A stretch of DNA of 64,000 nucleotides from NCBI GenBank assembly GCA_964057225.1, contig OZ059900.1, positions 3,286,001 to 3,350,000 of the forward strand. Direction: 5' to 3'. The position numbers were made by a program, and so were the translations under genes. The notes beneath the pieces are model-generated. The model saw nothing but the letters and a program-made list of their open reading frames with translations. It was not told where the DNA came from and did not search any database. Each line of letters begins with the position of its first letter. Positions within the stretch are counted from its first letter, which is position 1. The DNA is from Auanema rhodensis (taxonomy: Eukaryota > Animalia > Nematoda). Shown here in pieces: positions 23,991-38,700 of this stretch.

Positions 23991-26900
23991 TAGTGTAGTA
24001 ATGCTATTTGAGCGAAATTCAGTATTTAAACATCACTAGCGTTTAATTGATGACTTTTGTTGTTATAGACAACAAAACTATGCTTTTGATCATATATATG
24101 AGCGATTTAGCCAAATTGGACTCAAAACTCGGAAATTTCAAAAATTCTTTCTATTTTCGACCTTTTTTGATCAAAATGAATATATATCAGTGCAAGCTCA
24201 TAAAAATAGACTGATTTTGTGTATTGTGTGTTTGATTCTCAAATCTTAACGAATATGATCAAAATTTACGAGTATTACAGATTTTGTACCAAAAATCGGT
24301 GAGTATATAGTGTTAAAGGCATAAAAACGACCATACTTAGTGTAGTAATGCTATTTGAGCGAAAATCAGTATTTAAACATCACTAGCGTTTAATTGATGA
24401 CTTTTATTGTTATAGACAACAAAACTATGCTTCTGATCATATATATGAGCGATTTAGCCAAATTAGACTCAAAACTCGGAAATTTCAAAAATTCTTTCTA
24501 TTTTCGACCTTTTTTGATCAAAATGAATATATATCAGTGCAAGCTCATAAAAATAGACTGATTTCGTGTATTGTATGTTTGATTCTCAAATCTTAACGAA
24601 TATGATCAAAATTTACGAGTATTACAGATTTTGTACCAAAAATCGGTGAGTATATGGTGTTAAAGGCATAAAAACGACCATACTTAGTGTAGTTATGCTA
24701 TTTGAGCGAAATTCAGTATTTAAACATCACTAGCGTTCAATTGATGACTTTTGTTGTTATAGACAATAAAACTATGCTTTTGATCATATATATGAGCGAT
24801 TTAGCCAAATTCGACTCAAAACTCGGACATTTCCAAAATTCTTTCTATTTTCGACCTTTTTGATCAAAATGAATATATATCAGTGCAAACTCATAAAAAT
24901 AGACTGATTTTGTGTATTGTGTGTTTGATTCTCAAATCTTAACAAATATGATCAAAATTTACAAGTATTACAGATTTTGTACCAAAAATCGGTGAGTATA
25001 TGGTGTTAAAGGCATAAAAACGACCATACTTAGTGTAGTAATGCTATTTGAGCGAAATTCAGTATTAAAACATCACTAGCGTTTAATTGATGACTTTTGT
25101 TGTTATAGACAATAAAACTATGCTTTTGATCATATATATGAGCGATTTAGCCAAATTGGACTCAAAACTCGGACATTTCCAAAATTCTTTCTATTTTCGA
25201 CCTTTTTTGATCAAAATGAATATATATCAGTGCAAACTCATAAAAATAGACTGATTTTGTGTATTGTGTGTTTGATTCTCAAATCTTAACAAATATGATC
25301 AAAATTTACAAGTATTACAGATTTTGTACCAAAAATCGGTGAGTATATGGTGTTAAAGGCATAAAAACGACCATACTTAGTGTAGTAATGCTATTTGAGC
25401 AAAATTTAGTGATTTAAACATCATTAGTGTTTAACTAATGACTTTTGTTGTCATAGACAATAAAACTATGCTTCTGATCATATATATGAGCGATTTAGCC
25501 AAATTAGACTCAAAACTCGTAAATTTCAAAAATTCTTTCAATTTTCGACCTTTTTTGATCAAAATGAATATATATCAGTGCATGCTCATAAAAATAGACT
25601 GATTTTGTGTATTGTATGTTTGATTCTCAAATCTTAACGAATATGATCAAAATTTAGGAGTATTACAGATTTTGTACCAAAAATCGGTGAGTATATGGTG
25701 TTAAAGGCATAAAAACGACCATACTTAGTGTAGTAATGCTATTTGAGCGAAATTCAGTATTTAAACATCACTAGCGTTTAATTAATGACTTTTGTTGTTA
25801 TAGACAATAAAACTATGCTTTTGATCATATATATGAGCGATTTAGCCAAATTGGACTCAAAACTCGGAAATTTCAAAAATTCTTTCTATTTTCGACCTTT
25901 TTTGATCAAAATGAATATATATCAGTGCAAGCTCATAAAAATAGACTGATTTTGTGTATTGTGTGTTTGATTCTCAAATCTTAACGAATATGATCAAAAT
26001 TTACGAGTATTACAGATTTTGTACCAAAAATCGGTGAGTATATGGTGTTAAAGGCATAAAAACGACCATACTTAGTGTAGTAATGCTATTTGAGCGAAAT
26101 TTAGTGATTTAAACATCATTAGTGTTTAATTAATGACTTTTGTTGTCATAGACAATAAAACTATGCTTTTGATCATATATATGAGCGATTTAGCCCAATT
26201 GGACTCAAAACTCGGAAAATTCAAAAATTCTTTCTATTTTCGACCTTTTTTGATAAAAATGAATATATATCAGTGCAAACTCATAAAAATAAACTGATTT
26301 TGTTTATTGTGTGTTTGATTTTCAAATCTTAACGAATATGATCAAAATTTACGAGTATTACAGATTTTGTACCAAAAATCGGTGAGTATATGGTGTTAAA
26401 GGCATAAAAACGACCATACTTAGTGTAGTAATGCTATTTGAGCGAAAATCAGTATTTAAACATCACTAGCGTTTAATTGATGACTTTTATTGTTATAGAC
26501 AACAAAACTATGCTTCTGATCATATATATGAGCGATTTAGCCAAATTAGACTCAAAACTCGGAAATTTCAAAAATTCTTTCTATTTTCGACCTTTTTTGA
26601 TCAAAATGAATATATATCAGTGCAAGCTCATAAAAATAGACTGATTTCGTGTATTGTATGTTTGATTCTCAAATCTTAACGAATATGATCAAAATTTACG
26701 AGTATTACAGATTTTGTACCAAAAATCGGTGAGTATATGGTGTTAAAGGCATAAAAACGACCATACTTAGTGTAGTTATGCTATTTGAGCGAAATTCAGT
26801 ATTTAAACATCACTAGCGTTCAATTGATGACTTTTGTTGTTATAGACAATAAAACTATGCTTTTGATCATATATATGAGCGATTTAGCCAAATTCGACTC

Positions 26901-29900
26901 AAAACTCGGACATTTCCAAAATTCTTTCTATTTTCGACCTTTTTTGATCAAAATGAATATATATCAGTGCAAACTCATAAAAATAGACTGATTTTGTGTA
27001 TTGTGTGTTTGATTCTCAAATCTTAACAAATATGATCAAAATTTACAAGTATTACAGATTTTGTACCAAAAATCGGTGAGTATATGGTGTTAAAGGCATA
27101 AAAACGACCATACTTAGTGTAGTAATGCTATTTGAGCGAAATTCAGTATTAAAACATCACTAGCGTTTAATTGATGACTTTTGTTGTTATAGACAATAAA
27201 ACTATGCTTTTGATCATATATATGAGCGATTTAGCCAAATTGGACTCAAAACTCGGACATTTCCAAAATTCTTTCTATTTTCGACCTTTTTTGATCAAAA
27301 TGAATATATATCAGTGCAAACTCATAAAAATAGACTGATTTTGTGTATTGTGTGTTTGATTCTCAAATCTTAACAAATATGATCAAAATTTACAAGTATT
27401 ACAGATTTTGTACCAAAAATCGGTGAGTATATGGTGTTAAAGGCATAAAAACGACCATACTTAGTGTAGTAATGCTATTTGAGCGAAATTCAGTATTTAA
27501 ACATCACTAGCGTTTAATTGATAACTTTTGTTGTCATAGACAATAAAACTATGCTTTTGATCATATATATGAGCGATTTAGCCAAATTGGACTCAAAACT
27601 CGGAAATTTCAAAAATTCTTTCTATTTTCGACCTTTTTTGATCAAAATGAATATATATCAGTGCAAGCTCATAAAAATAGACTGACTTTGTGTATTGTGT
27701 GTTTGATTCTCAAATCTTAACGAATATGATCAAAATTTACGAGTATTACAGATTTTGTACCAAAAATCGGTGAGTATATGGTGTTAAAGGCATAAAAACG
27801 ACCATACTTAGTGTAGTAATGCTATTTGAGCGAAATTTAGTGATTTAAACATCATTAGTGTTTAATTAATGACTTTTGTTGTCATAGACAATAAAACTAT
27901 GCTTTTGATCATATATATGAGCGATTTAGCCCAATTGGACTCAAAACTCGGAAAATTCAAAAATTCTTTCTATTTTCGACCTTTTTTGATCAAAATGAAT
28001 ATATATCAGTGCAAACTCATAAAAATAAACTGATTTTGTTTATTGTGTGTTTGATTTTCAAATCTTAACGAATATGATCAAAATTTACGAGTATTACAGA
28101 TTTTGTACCAAAAATCGGTGAGTATATGGTGTTAAAGGCATAAAAACGACCATACTTAGTGTAGTAATGCTATTTGAGCGAAATTCAGTATTAAAACATC
28201 ACTAGCGTTTAATTGATGACTTTTGTTGTTATAGACAATAAAACTATGCTTTTGATCATATATATGAGCGATTCAGCCAAATTGGACTCAAAACTCGGAA
28301 ATTTCAAAAATTCTTTCTATTTTCGACCTTTTTTGATCAAAATGAATCTATATCAGTGCAAGCTCATAAAAATAGACTGATTTTGTGTATTGTGTGTTTG
28401 ATTCTCAAATCTTAACGAATATGATCAAAATTTACGAGTATTACAGATTTTGTACCAAAAATCGGTGAGTATATGGTGTTAAAGGCATAAAAACGACCAT
28501 TCTTAGTGTAGTAATGCTATTTGAGCGAAATTTAGTGATTTAAACATCATTAGTGTTTAATTAATGACTTTTGTTGTCATAGACAATAAAACTATGCTTT
28601 TGATCATATATATGAGCGATTTAGCCAAATTGGACTCAAAACTCGGAAATTTCAAAAATTCTTTCTATTTTCGACCTTTTTTGATCAAAATGAATATATA
28701 TCAGTGCAAGCTCATAAAAATAGACTGATTTCGTGTATTGTGTGTTTGATTCTCAAATCTTAACGAATATGATCAAAATTTACGAGTATTACAGATTTTG
28801 TAATAAAAATCGGTGAGTATATGGTGTTAAAGGCATAAAAACGACCATACTTAGTGTAGTAATGCTATTTGAGCGAAAATCAGTATTTAAACATCACTAG
28901 CGTTTAATTGATGACTTTTGTTGTTATAGACAATAAAACTATGCTTTTGATCATATATATGAGCGATTTAGCCAAATTGGACTCAAAACTCGGACATTTC
29001 CAAAATTCTTTCTATTTTCGACCTTTTTTGATCAAAATGAATATATATCAGTGCAAACTCATAAAAATAGACTGATTTTGTGTATTGTGTGTTTGATTCT
29101 CAAATCTTAACAAATATGATCAAAATTTACAAGTATTACAGATTTTGTACCAAAAATCGGTGAGTATATGGTGTTAAAGGCATAAAAACGACCATACTTA
29201 GTGTAGTAATGCTATTTGAGCGAAATTTAGTGATTTAAACATCATTAGTGTTTAACTAATGACTTTTGTTGTCATAGACAATAAAACTATGCTTCTGATC
29301 ATATATATGAGCGATTTAGCCAAATTAGACTCAAAACTCGTAAATTTCAAAAATTCTTTCTATTTTCGACCTTTTTTGATCAAAATGAATATATATCAGT
29401 GCATGCTCATAAAAATAGACTGATTTTGTATATTGTATGTTTGATTCTCAAATCTTAACGAATATGATCAAAATTTACGAGTATTACAGATTTTGTACCA
29501 AAAATCGGTGAGTATATGGTGTTAAAGGCATAAAAACGACCATACTTAGTGTAGTAATGCTATTTGAGCGAAATTTAGTGATTTAAACATCATTAGTGTT
29601 TAATTAATGACTTTTGTTGTCATAGACAATAAAACTATGCTTTTGATCATATATATGAGCGATTTAGCCAAATTGGACTCAAAACTCGGAAATTTCAAAA
29701 ATTCTTTCTATTTTCGACCTTTTTTGATCAAAATGAATATATATCAGTGCAAACTCATAAAAATAGACTGATTTCGTGTATTGTGTGTTTGATTCTCAAA
29801 TCTTAACGAATATGATCAAAATTTACGAGTATTACAGATTTTGTAATAAAAATCGGTGAGTATATGGTGTTAAAGGCATAAAAACGACCATACTTAGTGT

Positions 29901-32900
29901 AGTAATGCTATTTGAGCGAAAATCAGTATTTAAACATCACTAGCGTTTAATTGATGACTTTTGTTGTTATAGACAATAAAACTATGCTTTTGATCATATA
30001 TATGAGCGATTTAGCCAAATTCGACTCAAAACTCGGACATTTCCAAAATTCTTTCTATTTTCGACCTTTTTTGATCAAAATGAATATATATCAGTGCAAA
30101 CTCATAAAAATAGACTGATTTTGTGTATTGTGTGTTTGATTCTCAAATCTTAACAAATATGATCAAAATTTACAAGTATTACAGATTTTGTACCAAAAAT
30201 CGGTGAGTATATGGTGTTAAAGGCATAAAAACGACCATACTTAGTGTAGTAATGCTATTTGAGCGAAATTCAGTATTAAAACATCACTAGCGTTTAATTG
30301 ATGACTTTTGTTGTTATAGACAATAAAACTATGCTTTTGATCATATATATGAGCGATTTAGCCAAATTGGACTCAAAACTCGGACATTTCCAAAATTCTT
30401 TCTATTTTCGACCTTTTTTGATCAAAATGAATATATATCAGTGCAAACTCATAAAAATAGACTGATTTTGTGTATTGTGTGTTTGATTCTCAAATCGTAA
30501 CAAATATGATCAAAATTTACGAGTATCACAGAATTTGTACCAAAAATCGGTGAGTATATGGTGTTAAAGGCATAAAAATGACCATACTTAGTGTAGTAAT
30601 GCTATTTGAGCAAAATTTAGTGATTTAAACATCATTAGTGTTTAACTAATGACTTTTGTTGTCATAGACAATAAAACTATGCTTCTGATCATATATATGA
30701 GCGATTTAGCCAAATTAGACTCAAAACTCGTAAATTTCAAAAATTCTTTCTATTTTCGACCTTTTTTGATCAAAATGAATATATATCAGTGCAAACTCAT
30801 AAAAATAGACTGATTTTGTGTATTGTGTGTTTGATTCTCAAATCTTAACAAATATGATCAAAATTTACAAGTATTACAGATTTTGTACCAAAAATCGGTG
30901 AGTATATGGTGTTAAAGGCATAAAAACGACCATACTTAGTGTAGTAATGCTATTTGAGCGAAATTCAGTATTAAAACATCACTAGCGTTTAATTGATGAC
31001 TTTTGTTGTTATAGACAATAAAACTATGCTTTTGATCATATATATGAGCGATTTAGCCAAATTGGACTCAAAACTCGGACATTTCCAAAATTCTTTCTAT
31101 TTTCGACCTTTTTTGATCAAAATGAATATATATCAGTGCAAACTCATAAAAATAGACTGATTTTGTGTATTGTGTGTTTGATTCTCAAATCTTAACAAAT
31201 ATGATCAAAATTTACAAGTATTACAGATTTTGTACCAAAAATCGGTGAGTATATGGTGTTAAAGGCATAAAAACGACCATACTTAGTGTAGTAATGCTAT
31301 TTGAGCAAAATTTAGTGATTTAAACATCATTAGTGTTTAACTAATGACTTTTGTTGTCATAGACAATAAAACTATGCTTCTGATCATATATATGAGCGAT
31401 TTAGCCAAATTAGACTCAAAACTCGTAAATTTCAAAAATTCTTTCAATTTTCGACCTTTTTTGATCAAAATGAATATATATCAGTGCATGCTCATAAAAA
31501 TAGACTGATTTTGTGTATTGTATGTTTGATTCTCAAATCTTAACGAATATGATCAAAATTTAGGAGTATTACAGATTTTGTACCAAAAATCGGTGAGTAT
31601 ATGGTGTTAAAGGCATAAAAACGACCATACTTAGTGTAGTAATGCTATTTGAGCGAAATTCAGTATTTAAACATCACTAGCGTTTAATTAATGACTTTTG
31701 TTGTTATAGACAATAAAACTATGCTTTTGATCATATATATGAGCGATTTAGCCAAATTGGACTCAAAACTCGGAAATTTCAAAAATTCTTTCTATTTTCG
31801 ACCTTTTTTGATCAAAATGAATATATATCAGTGCAAGCTCATAAAAATAGACTGATTTTGTGTATTGTGTGTTTGATTCTCAAATCTTAACGAATATGAT
31901 CAAAATTTACGAGTATTACAGATTTTGTACCAAAAATCGGTGAGTATATGGTGTTAAAGGCATAAAAACGACCATACTTAGTGTAGTAATGCTATTTGAG
32001 CGAAATTTAGTGATTTAAACATCATTAGTGTTTAATTAATGACTTTTGTTGTCATAGACAATAAAACTATGCTTTTGATCATATATATGAGCGATTTAGC
32101 CCAATTGGACTCAAAACTCGGAAAATTCAAAAATTCTTTCTATTTTCGACCTTTTTTGATCAAAATGAATATATATCAGTGCAAACTCATAAAAATAAAC
32201 TGATTTTGTTTATTGTGTGTTTGATTTTCAAATCTTAACGAATATGATCAAAATTTACGAGTATTACAGATTTTGTACCAAAAATCGGTGAGTATATGGT
32301 GTTAAAGGCATAAAAACGACCATACTTAGTGTAGTAATGCTATTTGAGCGAAATTCAGTATTAAAACATCACTAGCGTTTAATTGATGACTTTTGTTGTT
32401 ATAGACAATAAAACTATGCTTTTGATCATATATATGAGCGATTCAGCCAAATTGGACTCAAAACTCGGAAATTTCAAAAATTCTTTCTATTTTCGACCTT
32501 TTTTGATCAAAATGAATCTATATCAGTGCAAGCTCATAAAAATAGACTGATTTTGTGTATTGTGTGTTTGATTCTCAAATCTTAACGAATATGATCAAAA
32601 TTTACGAGTATTACAGATTTTGTACCAAAAATCGGTGAGTATATGGTGTTAAAGGCATAAAAACGACCATACTTAGTGTAGTAATGCTATTTGAGCGAAA
32701 TTTAGTGATTTAAACATCATTAGTGTTTAATTAATGACTTTTGTTGTCATAGACAATAAAACTATGCTTTTGATCATATATATGAGCGATTTAGCCAAAT
32801 TGGACTCAAAACTCGGAAATTTCAAAAATTCTTTCTATTTTCGACCTTTTTTGATCAAAATGAATATATATCAGTGCAAGCTCATAAAAATAGACTGATT

Positions 32901-34099
32901 TCGTGTATTGTGTGTTTGATTCTCAAATCTTAACGAATATGATCAAAATTTACGAGTATTACAGATTTTGTAATAAAAATCGGTGAGTATATGGTGTTAA
33001 AGGCATAAAAACGACCATACTTAGTGTAGTAATGCTATTTGAGCGAAAATCAGTATTTAAACATCACTAGCGTTTAATTGATGACTTTTGTTGTTATAGA
33101 CAATAAAACTATGCTTTTGATCATATATATGAGCGATTTAGCCAAATTCGACTCAAAACTCGGACATTTCCAAAATTCTTTCTATTTTCGACCTTTTTTG
33201 ATCAAAATGAATATATATCAGTGCAAACTCATAAAAATAGACTGATTTTGTGTATTGTGTGTTTGATTCTCAAATCTTAACAAATATGATCAAAATTTAC
33301 AAGTATTACAGATTTTGTACCAAAAATCGGTGAGTATATGGTGTTAAAGGCATAAAAACGACCATACTTAGTGTAGTAATGCTATTTGAGCGAAATTTAG
33401 TGATTTAAACATCATTAGTGTTTAACTAATGACTTTTGTTGTCATAGACAATAAAACTATGCTTCTGATCATATATATGAGCGATTTAGCCAAATTAGAC
33501 TCAAAACTCGTAAATTTCAAAAATTCTTTCTATTTTCGACCTTTTTTGATCAAAATGAATATATATCAGTGCATGCTCATAAAAATAGACTGATTTTGTA
33601 TATTGTATGTTTGATTCTCAAATCTTAACGAATATGATCAAAATTTACGAGTATTACAGATTTTGTACCAAAAATCGGTGAGTATATGGTGTTAAAGGCA
33701 TAAAAACGACCATACTTAGTGTAGTAATGCTATTTGAGCGAAATTTAGTGATTTAAACATCATTAGTGTTTAATTAATGACTTTTGTTGTCATAGACAAT
33801 AAAACTATGCTTTTGATCATATATATGAGCGATTTAGCCAAATTGGACTCAAAACTCGGAAATTTCAAAAATTCTTTCTATTTTCGACCTTTTTTGATCA
33901 AAATGAATATATATCAGTGCAAACTCATAAAAATAGACTGATTTCGTGTATTGTGTGTTTGATTCTCAAATCTTAACGAATATGATCAAAATTTACGAGT
34001 ATTACAGATTTTGTAATAAAAATCGGTGAGTATATGGTGTTAAAGGCATAAAAACGACCATACTTAGTGTAGTAATGCTATTTGAGCGAAAATCAGTAT

Positions 34100-37000
34100 T
34101 TAAACATCACTAGCGTTTAATTGATGACTTTTGTTGTTATAGACAATAAAACTATGCTTTTGATCATATATATGAGCGATTTAGCCAAATTCGACTCAAA
34201 ACTCGGACATTTCCAAAATTCTTTCTATTTTCGACCTTTTTTGATCAAAATGAATATATATCAGTGCAAACTCATAAAAATAGACTGATTTTGTGTATTG
34301 TGTGTTTGATTCTCAAATCTTAACAAATATGATCAAAATTTACAAGTATTACAGATTTTGTACCAAAAATCGGTGAGTATATGGTGTTAAAGGCATAAAA
34401 ACGACCATACTTAGTGTAGTAATGCTATTTGAGCGAAATTCAGTATTAAAACATCACTAGCGTTTAATTGATGACTTTTGTTGTTATAGACAATAAAACT
34501 ATGCTTTTGATCATATATATGAGCGATTTAGCCAAATTGGACTCAAAACTCGGACATTTCCAAAATTCTTTCTATTTTCGACCTTTTTTGATCAAAATGA
34601 ATATATATCAGTGCAAACTCATAAAAATAGACTGATTTTGTGTATTGTGTGTTTGATTCTCAAATCGTAACAAATATGATCAAAATTTACGAGTATCACA
34701 GAATTTGTACCAAAAATCGGTGAGTATATGGTGTTAAAGGCATAAAAATGACCATACTTAGTGTAGTAATGCTATTTGAGCAAAATTTAGTGATTTAAAC
34801 ATCATTAGTGTTTAACTAATGACTTTTGTTGTCATAGACAATAAAACTATGCTTCTGATCATATATATGAGCGATTTAGCCAAATTAGACTCAAAACTCG
34901 TAAATTTCAAAAATTCTTTCTATTTTCGACCTTTTTTGATCAAAATGAATATATATCAGTGCATGCTCATAAAAATAGACTGATTTTGTGTATTGTATGT
35001 TTGATTCTCAAATCTTAACGAATATGATCAAAATTTACGAGTATTACAGATTTTGTACCAATAATCGGTGAGTATATGGTGTTAAAGGCATAAAAACGAC
35101 CATACTTAGTGTAGTAATGCTATTTGAGCGAAATTTAGTGATTTAAACATCATTAGTGTTTAATTAATGACTTTTGTTGTCATAGACAATAAAACTATGC
35201 TTTTGATCATATATATGAGCGATTTAGCCAAATTGGACTCAAAACTCGGAAATTTCAAAAATTCTTTCTATTTTCGACCTTTTTTGATCAAAATGAATAT
35301 ATATCAGTGCAAGCTCATAAAAATAGACTGATTTCGTGTATTGTGTGTTTGATTCTCAAATCTTAACGAATATGATCAAAATTTACGAGTATTACAGATT
35401 TTGTAATAAAAATCGGTGAGTATATGGTGTTAAAGGCATAAAAACGACCATACTTAGTGTAGTAATGCTATTTGAGCGAAATTTAGTGATTTAAACATCA
35501 TTAGTGTTTAATTAATGACTTTTGTTGTCATAGACAATAAAACTATGCTTTTGATCATATATATGAGCGATTTAGCCAAATTAGACTCAAAACTCGGAAA
35601 TTTCCAAAATTCTTTCTATTTTCGACCTTTTTTGATCAAAATGAATATATATCAGTGCAAACTCATAAAAATAGACTGATTTCGTGTATTGTATGTTTGA
35701 TTCTCAAATCTTAACGAATATGATCAAAATTTACGAGTATTACAGATTTTGTACCAATAATCGGTGAGTATATGGTGTTAAAGGCATAAAAACGACCATA
35801 CTTAGTGTAGTAATGCTATTTGAGCGAAATTTAGTGATTTAAACATCATTAGTGTTTAATTAATGACTTTTGTTGTCATAGACAATAAAACTATGCTTTT
35901 GATCATATATATGAGCGATTTAGCCAAATTAGACTCAAAACTCGGAAATTTCAAAAATTCTTTCTATTTTCGACCTTTTTTGATCAAAATGAATATATAT
36001 CAGTGCAAGCTCATAAAAATAGACTGATTTCGTGTATTGTATGTTTGATTCTCAAATCTTAACGAATATGATCAAAATTTACGAGTATTACAGATTTTGT
36101 ACCAAAAATCGGTGAGTATATGGTGTTAAAGGCATAAAAACGACCATACTTAGTGTAGTTATGCTATTTGAGCGAAATTCAGTATTTAAACATCACTAGC
36201 GTTTAATTGATGACTTTTGTTGTTATAGACAATAAAACTATGCTTTTGATCATATATATGAGCGATTTAGCCAAATTCGACTCAAAACTCGGACATTTCC
36301 AAAATTCTTTCTATTTTCGACCTTTTTTGATCAAAATGAATATATATCAGTGCAAACTCATAAAAATAGACTGATTTTGTGTATTGTGTGTTTGATTCTC
36401 AAATCTTAACAAATATGATCAAAATTTACAAGTATTACAGATTTTGTACCAAAAATCGGTGAGTATATGGTGTTAAAGGCATAAAAACGACCATACTTAG
36501 TGTAGTAATGCTATTTGAGCGAAATTCAGTATTAAAACATCACTAGCGTTTAATTGATGACTTTTGTTGTTATAGACAATAAAACTATGCTTTTGATCAT
36601 ATATATGAGCGATTTAGCCAAATTGGACTCAAAACTCGGACATTTCCAAAATTCTTTCTATTTTCGACCTTTTTTGATCAAAATGAATATATATCAGTGC
36701 AAACTCATAAAAATAGACTGATTTTGTGTATTGTGTGTTTGATTCTCAAATCGTAACAAATATGATCAAAATTTACGAGTATCACAGAATTTGTACCAAA
36801 AATCGGTGAGTATATGGTGTTAAAGGCATAAAAATGACCATACTTAGTGTAGTAATGCTATTTGAGCAAAATTTAGTGATTTAAACATCATTAGTGTTTA
36901 ACTAATGACTTTTGTTGTCATAGACAATAAAACTATGCTTCTGATCATATATATGAGCGATTTAGCCAAATTAGACTCAAAACTCGTAAATTTCAAAAAT

Positions 37001-38700
37001 TCTTTCTATTTTCGACCTTTTTTGATCAAAATGAATATATATCAGTGCATGCTCATAAAAATAGACTGATTTTGTGTATTGTATGTTTGATTCTCAAATC
37101 TTAACGAATATGATCAAAATTTACGAGTATTACAGATTTTGTACCAATAATCGGTGAGTATATGGTGTTAAAGGCATAAAAACGACCATACTTAGTGTAG
37201 TAATGCTATTTGAGCGAAATTTAGTGATTTAAACATCATTAGTGTTTAATTAATGACTTTTGTTGTCATAGACAATAAAACTATGCTTTTGATCATATAT
37301 ATGAGCGATTTAGCCAAATTGGACTCAAAACTCGGAAATTTCAAAAATTCTTTCTATTTTCGACCTTTTTTGATCAAAATGAATATATATCAGTGCAAGC
37401 TCATAAAAATAGACTGATTTCGTGTATTGTGTGTTTGATTCTCAAATCTTAACGAATATGATCAAAATTTACGAGTATTACAGATTTTGTAATAAAAATC
37501 GGTGAGTATATGGTGTTAAAGGCATAAAAACGACCATACTTAGTGTAGTAATGCTATTTGAGCGAAATTTAGTGATTTAAACATCATTAGTGTTTAATTA
37601 ATGACTTTTGTTGTCATAGACAATAAAACTATGCTTTTGATCATATATATGAGCGATTTAGCCAAATTAGACTCAAAACTCGGAAATTTCCAAAATTCTT
37701 TCTATTTTCGACCTTTTTTGATCAAAATGAATATATATCAGTGCAAACTCATAAAAATAGACTGATTTCGTGTATTGTATGTTTGATTCTCAAATCTTAA
37801 CGAATATGATCAAAATTTACGAGTATTACAGATTTTGTACCAATAATCGGTGAGTATATGGTGTTAAAGGCATAAAAACGACCATACTTAGTGTAGTAAT
37901 GCTATTTGAGCGAAATTTAGTGATTTAAACATCATTAGTGTTTAATTAATGACTTTTGTTGTCATAGACAATAAAACTATGCTTTTGATCATATATATGA
38001 GCGATTAACCAAATTAGACTCAAAACTCGGAAATTTCAAAAATTCTTTCTATTTTCGACCTTTTTTGATCAAAATGAATATATATCAGTGCAAGCTCATA
38101 AAAATAGACTGATTTCGTGTATTGTATGTTTGATTCTCAAATCTTAACGAATATGATCAAAATTTACGAGTATTACAGATTTTGTACCAAAAATCGGTGA
38201 GTATATGGTGTTAAAGGCATAAAAACGACCATACTTAGTGTAGTTATGCTATTTGAGCGAAATTCAGTATTTAAACATCACTAGCGTTTAATTGATGACT
38301 TTTGTTGTTATAGACAATAAAACTATGCTTTTGATCATATATATGAGCGATTTAGCCAAATTCGACTCAAAACTCGGACATTTCCAAAATTCTTTCTATT
38401 TTCGACCTTTTTTGATCAAAATGAATATATATCAGTGCAAACTCATAAAAATAGACTGATTTTGTGTATTGTGTGTTTGATTCTCAAATCTTAACAAATA
38501 TGATCAAAATTTACAAGTATTACAGATTTTGTACCAAAAATCGGTGAGTATATGGTGTTAAAGGCATAAAAACGACCATACTTAGTGTAGTAATGCTATT
38601 TGAGCGAAATTCAGTATTAAAACATCACTAGCGTTTAATTGATGACTTTTGTTGTTATAGACAATAAAACTATGCTTTTGATCATATATATGAGCGATTT
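34100..38700 (+). repeat. Higher-order duplication, 6-monomer period (2086 bp; approximate bounds)
   Basis: The variant cluster AATCGTAAC/TATCACAGAAT/AAATGACC occurs at 34666 and 36752. CCAATAATC variants repeat at the same offset. Confidence 0.8.

Noticed and set aside
26785-26991. 68-aa satellite ORF
   Set aside because: Only longer than the per-monomer ORF because one TAA>CAA variant removes an upstream stop; TTG start.
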